Part shown: positions 61,247 to 64,000 of the stretch, one piece after another
Position numbering within the stretch: position 1 is the stretch's first letter
Layout: each line of letters starts with the position of its first letter
Source: Candidatus Bathyarchaeum tardum
Lineage (GTDB): Archaea; Thermoproteota; Bathyarchaeia; Bathyarchaeales; Bathyarchaeaceae
Direction of reading: 5' to 3'
DNA: 64,000 nt
Assembly: GCA_024650005.2 (NCBI GenBank)
Contig: CP122380.1
Span: 1,184,001-1,248,000 of the forward strand
The notes under the pieces: model-generated
What the model was told of the DNA's origin: nothing
Databases searched by the model: none
The model's input: only the letters and a program-made list of their open reading frames with translations
Program-made: the position numbers and the translations under genes

Positions 61247-62506
61247 TCAGAAAATCACCCGTAATACAGAGTCAATTGCCTTAAGATTTGCTAAAGCTTT
61301 TTTTGAGTCTTCAGCGCTTACCAGATTTTTCTCATTAAGTTGAACCATTTGTGAAACCGTAATATACAAAGAATTGAAAGCAGTCTTAACGTGCAAATCG
61401 TTGTTCATGTGTTTCTCGAAATTTGTTTTTATTTTTGTAACCAGCTTCTTTGTAGTAGCGCAAGATTTTTGTTTGGAGTTTTGGGGTACCCGTAATTTTT
61501 CAACCATTCCTCGAAAATTATTTAGCAAATCACAAGTTTTAGAGTATTCAGTGAACGTAAAATTGAGTTTTCGCCGATAATGACCATAAATCAGAAAGAA
61601 CCGAATGTTGTTCCAAATGCATTCTGTTTCAATCAAATCTTTTGGATATTTGATATTCCCTTTGCGTTTGGACATTTTTTCACCGTCAAAAATCAAATGA
61701 GAACAATGAAGCCAATAGTTTACAAAGGATCTATCAATAATTGATTCAACTGTTGCTATAATGTAATCATGATGACGATGTGTACTATCTATTCCGCTGC
61801 ACCAAATGTCAACGTTGAATCCAAAAGTTTTTTTTACCATTGCTTGATCTTGAATGTTCCATGCCGGATGTCCTTTGCCTAGTTTTGTCTCCCAAAACAA
61901 TGTGTCACCTTTTTTGTATCCTCGCCATAAAATGAAATCCCCTTTATTCCATCTGTCACCAGAATAGTTATCACGATGAAAACGGCGATGCTGCTTGGGC
62001 CACTTGCTCATGTCAAGACCATAAAGTTTACCAAATCCATCAAACTTTAATGGATCATAATACACGTTTTTTCGACCTTTGTAAGTGTACCCGTAAGCAT
62101 AGCCTTTTTCTAATAAAATTTTGATTAATTCAACAGCTTGGTTAACTGAGGTGGAAGACCGTTCAATAAAATCAGGAATCTTGATTTTTAGTTGTTTGAG
62201 TTCATCAAGAAAAATTTCAATGTTTTTTTGGGTTAACTCGTTTGGTGGAACTTTTTGTTTAGAAGCTTCAACTAAAGTTTTGTCTTCTACGTCTGTTATG
62301 TTGATTAATCTTTGAACATCGTATCCCAAATATTCTAGGTACCTTTGAAGCACATCTTCAAACATGAAAGTTCTGTAGTTGCCAATATGGGGTAACTGGT
62401 AAATTGAAGGCCCACAGGTGACCACCTTTACTTTTCCTTCTTCTTTTGGTTTGAAAACTTCCAGTTTCCGGGTTAGGGTGTTGTAAAGCTTGAGCAAAAA
62501 CGTCAC
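61247..62506 (-). CDS. Cysteinyl-tRNA synthetase-like protein (degenerate)
   Basis: TCGPSIY..PHIGN, NITDVEDK, DF.LW, KMSKRKGN; GHPAWNIQD replaces GRPGWHIEC. Confidence 0.8.
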   Translation of the reverse strand: MTFLLKLYNTLTRKLEVFKPKEEGKVKVVTCGPSIYQLPHIGNYRTFMFEDVLQRYLEYLGYDVQRLINITDVEDKTLVEASKQKVPPNELTQKNIEIFLDELKQLKIKIPDFIERSSTSVNQAVELIKILLEKGYAYGYTYKGRKNVYYDPLKFDGFGKLYGLDMSKWPKQHRRFHRDNYSGDRWNKGDFILWRGYKKGDTLFWETKLGKGHPAWNIQDQAMVKKTFGFNVDIWCSGIDSTHRHHDYIIATVESIIDRSFVNYWLHCSHLIFDGEKMSKRKGNIKYPKDLIETECIWNNIRFFLIYGHYRRKLNFTFTEYSKTCDLLNNFRGMVEKLRVPQNSKQKSCATTKKLVTKIKTNFEKHMNNDLHVKTAFNSLYITVSQMVQLNEKNLVSAEDSKKALANLKAIDSVLRVIF

Positions 62507-62635
62507 CGAATTTTCCGATGTTACATGACATTATGGTGCGTTATATTTTGTTTGGTTTTCAGTTATCAGATTACAAAACACATAAATCGCACTATACTTA
62601 GATTACCTTTCACAAATATTGTGAGGTTATATGCC

Positions 62636-63529
62636 TTGTCAACTCGAAAAAATGTTATAATATTTTTAGATACCGACAAATATGCAAGCCCCTTTGACAT
62701 TTTAGTCGCCATCGACCTTTATCCAGACGCCCAAATATTCAGTTACAGCGGCGTAGAGGTCAGTGACGCCCAAAGACTAATTCAAGACGCCATGTTCCCC
62801 CGAGGACCAGATGGCGCAAAATACACTAACGTGTTCATCGGCGGTCAAGATGTAGAAAAAGCTCTTGCAATTCTTGAAGCAGTTAAAAAATCTATGTTCC
62901 CCCCCTTCGAGTTATCAGTAATAATTGACCCACGCGGCGCATACACCACAGCATCAGCTGCTGTAGTAAAAACATTGAAGCTCTATGAGGAAAAATTCGG
63001 CGACTTCAAAGGAAAAACAGTTGCAATTCTTGCAGGAACCGGACCAGTTGGTGTGGTTGCAGCTAAACTATATGCCAATGAAGGCGGTAATGTTGTTCTT
63101 ACTTCACGCAAACTAGACAGAGCAAAAGCTGTAGCGGACAAAATAAATGAAGAATTAGGAACAAAACAGGTTTGTGGTGTTCAAGCAGCTACTCCTGAAG
63201 AAGTTGGTCAATCCATTAAAGATGCTGACATAGTCTTGGCATGTGGTGCAGCGGGAATTCAGTTATTGCCTTTGGATGTTCTTGAAAAATACGGACAAAA
63301 AGTCAAAGTTCTTGGAGACATTAACGCTGTTCCACCGTTGGGTGTTGAAGGAGTAAAAGCTAGCCACAAAGGAAAAGAGTTCACTCCAGGAAAGTTTGGA
63401 ATTGGTGCTCTAGCTATTGGTCCACTTAAAATCGAAATCGAAGGCGAAATGTTCAAAAAAGCAGTTGAATCTCCAAGCGGAATTGTAGATTATAAAACAG
63501 CTTACGAGTTAGGAAAAAAACTAGTATAA
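62636..63529 (+). CDS. mtdA: NAD(P)-dependent methylene-H4MPT dehydrogenase (MtdA/MtdB type)
   Basis: SPFD..VA.D, QDAMFPRGP, DPRGAYTTA.A, GTGPVG, DINAVPP.G, GALAIG.LK; likely start TTG 62636. Confidence 0.88.
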   Translation: MSTRKNVIIFLDTDKYASPFDILVAIDLYPDAQIFSYSGVEVSDAQRLIQDAMFPRGPDGAKYTNVFIGGQDVEKALAILEAVKKSMFPPFELSVIIDPRGAYTTASAAVVKTLKLYEEKFGDFKGKTVAILAGTGPVGVVAAKLYANEGGNVVLTSRKLDRAKAVADKINEELGTKQVCGVQAATPEEVGQSIKDADIVLACGAAGIQLLPLDVLEKYGQKVKVLGDINAVPPLGVEGVKASHKGKEFTPGKFGIGALAIGPLKIEIEGEMFKKAVESPSGIVDYKTAYELGKKLV

Positions 63530-63675
63530 AACGGTAAAAGTTTATTTAAAAAGTGAGGAAACCATTTTTTTGGCTTCCAGCTTTTTATTTTTTTTATAAA
63601 TCAATATTTTGAGTTAATATTATTAATTCATAGCTTTTTTGTATTCAAAACTGCTCATTTGTTTTTTGATGAACA

Positions 63676-63861
63676 ATGGGGCTTTCGAACAAAATATTCT
63701 TGACATGGCTTGCAACGATGTGGATAGTTTTTTCAGTTTGGGTGGTTGCAGTAACTACGTTTCCATTAAATTTTGGTTTTGTAGGATTACAAGCACTTTC
63801 GGGCATAGCTCTGATATGGTCAATGGTAAAATACAACGAAATTGACCAACAGTTCCATTAG
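63676..63861 (+). CDS. Small two-TM membrane protein
   Basis: 61-aa hydrophobic ORF; no recognised family. Confidence 0.45.
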   Translation: MGLSNKIFLTWLATMWIVFSVWVVAVTTFPLNFGFVGLQALSGIALIWSMVKYNEIDQQFH

Positions 63862-63930
63862 TGCCGTCAGAGTAACTCTGAGATGTCATCCTAAAGCGTC
63901 TAGCTAATGCCTTTTCGTCATCCGGCACTA
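63859..63930 (-). ncRNA. Box C/D guide sRNA, probable 23S rRNA H69/H71 targets
   Basis: 8-bp terminal stem TAGTGCCG/CGGCACTA; box C ATGACGA, D' (C)TAGA, C' ATGACA, box D CTGA; guides AAGGCATT and TCAGAGTTACT; TTTTAT about 25 nt upstream. Confidence 0.8.
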
Positions 63931-64000
63931 TTAGCAAAGCATTACAAGAATAAAAAACGATTGATTGTTAGGTTGTTTGCGTGAATAATTGTCTGATTTT

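Noticed and set aside
1599-63836. Numerous short antisense or nested ORFs in the six-frame track
   Set aside because: They are shadows of well-supported genes on the other strand or frame.
63755-63937. 60-aa minus-strand ORF
   Set aside because: Overlaps the C/D sRNA, which explains the sequence better.

Overview
AT-rich archaeal chromosomal window; gene content points to Candidatus Bathyarchaeia (rps30e, DRG GTPase, thiolase/DUF35, cofE, fno, fwdD-A-C-mch, MtdA-type dehydrogenase, three ~845-aa secreted PQQ-like beta-propeller paralogs). All calls come from reading the sequence and recalled family motifs; no database searches were run. Main observations beyond housekeeping genes: (1) a ~5.5 kb integrated element (33824-39307) with a tyrosine integrase and an HUH rolling-circle Rep. 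It is bounded by 17-bp direct repeats that coincide with a host TATA-like box, sits next to a decayed sister integrase, and has two dispersed copies of its Rep-proximal end. (2) A conserved ~155-bp rod-like hairpin after each beta-propeller gene; it contains a segment complementary to the RBS/start codon of the same gene family. (3) A catalytic-domain-only tyrosine recombinase surrounded by three identical 19-mers and two 11-6-11 dif-like palindromes. (4) An unannotated box C/D sRNA whose guides match 23S rRNA H69/H71. (5) A frameshifted solo-Cas1 remnant beside a three-gene HicA-type module. No CRISPR array, tRNA or rRNA gene was seen.
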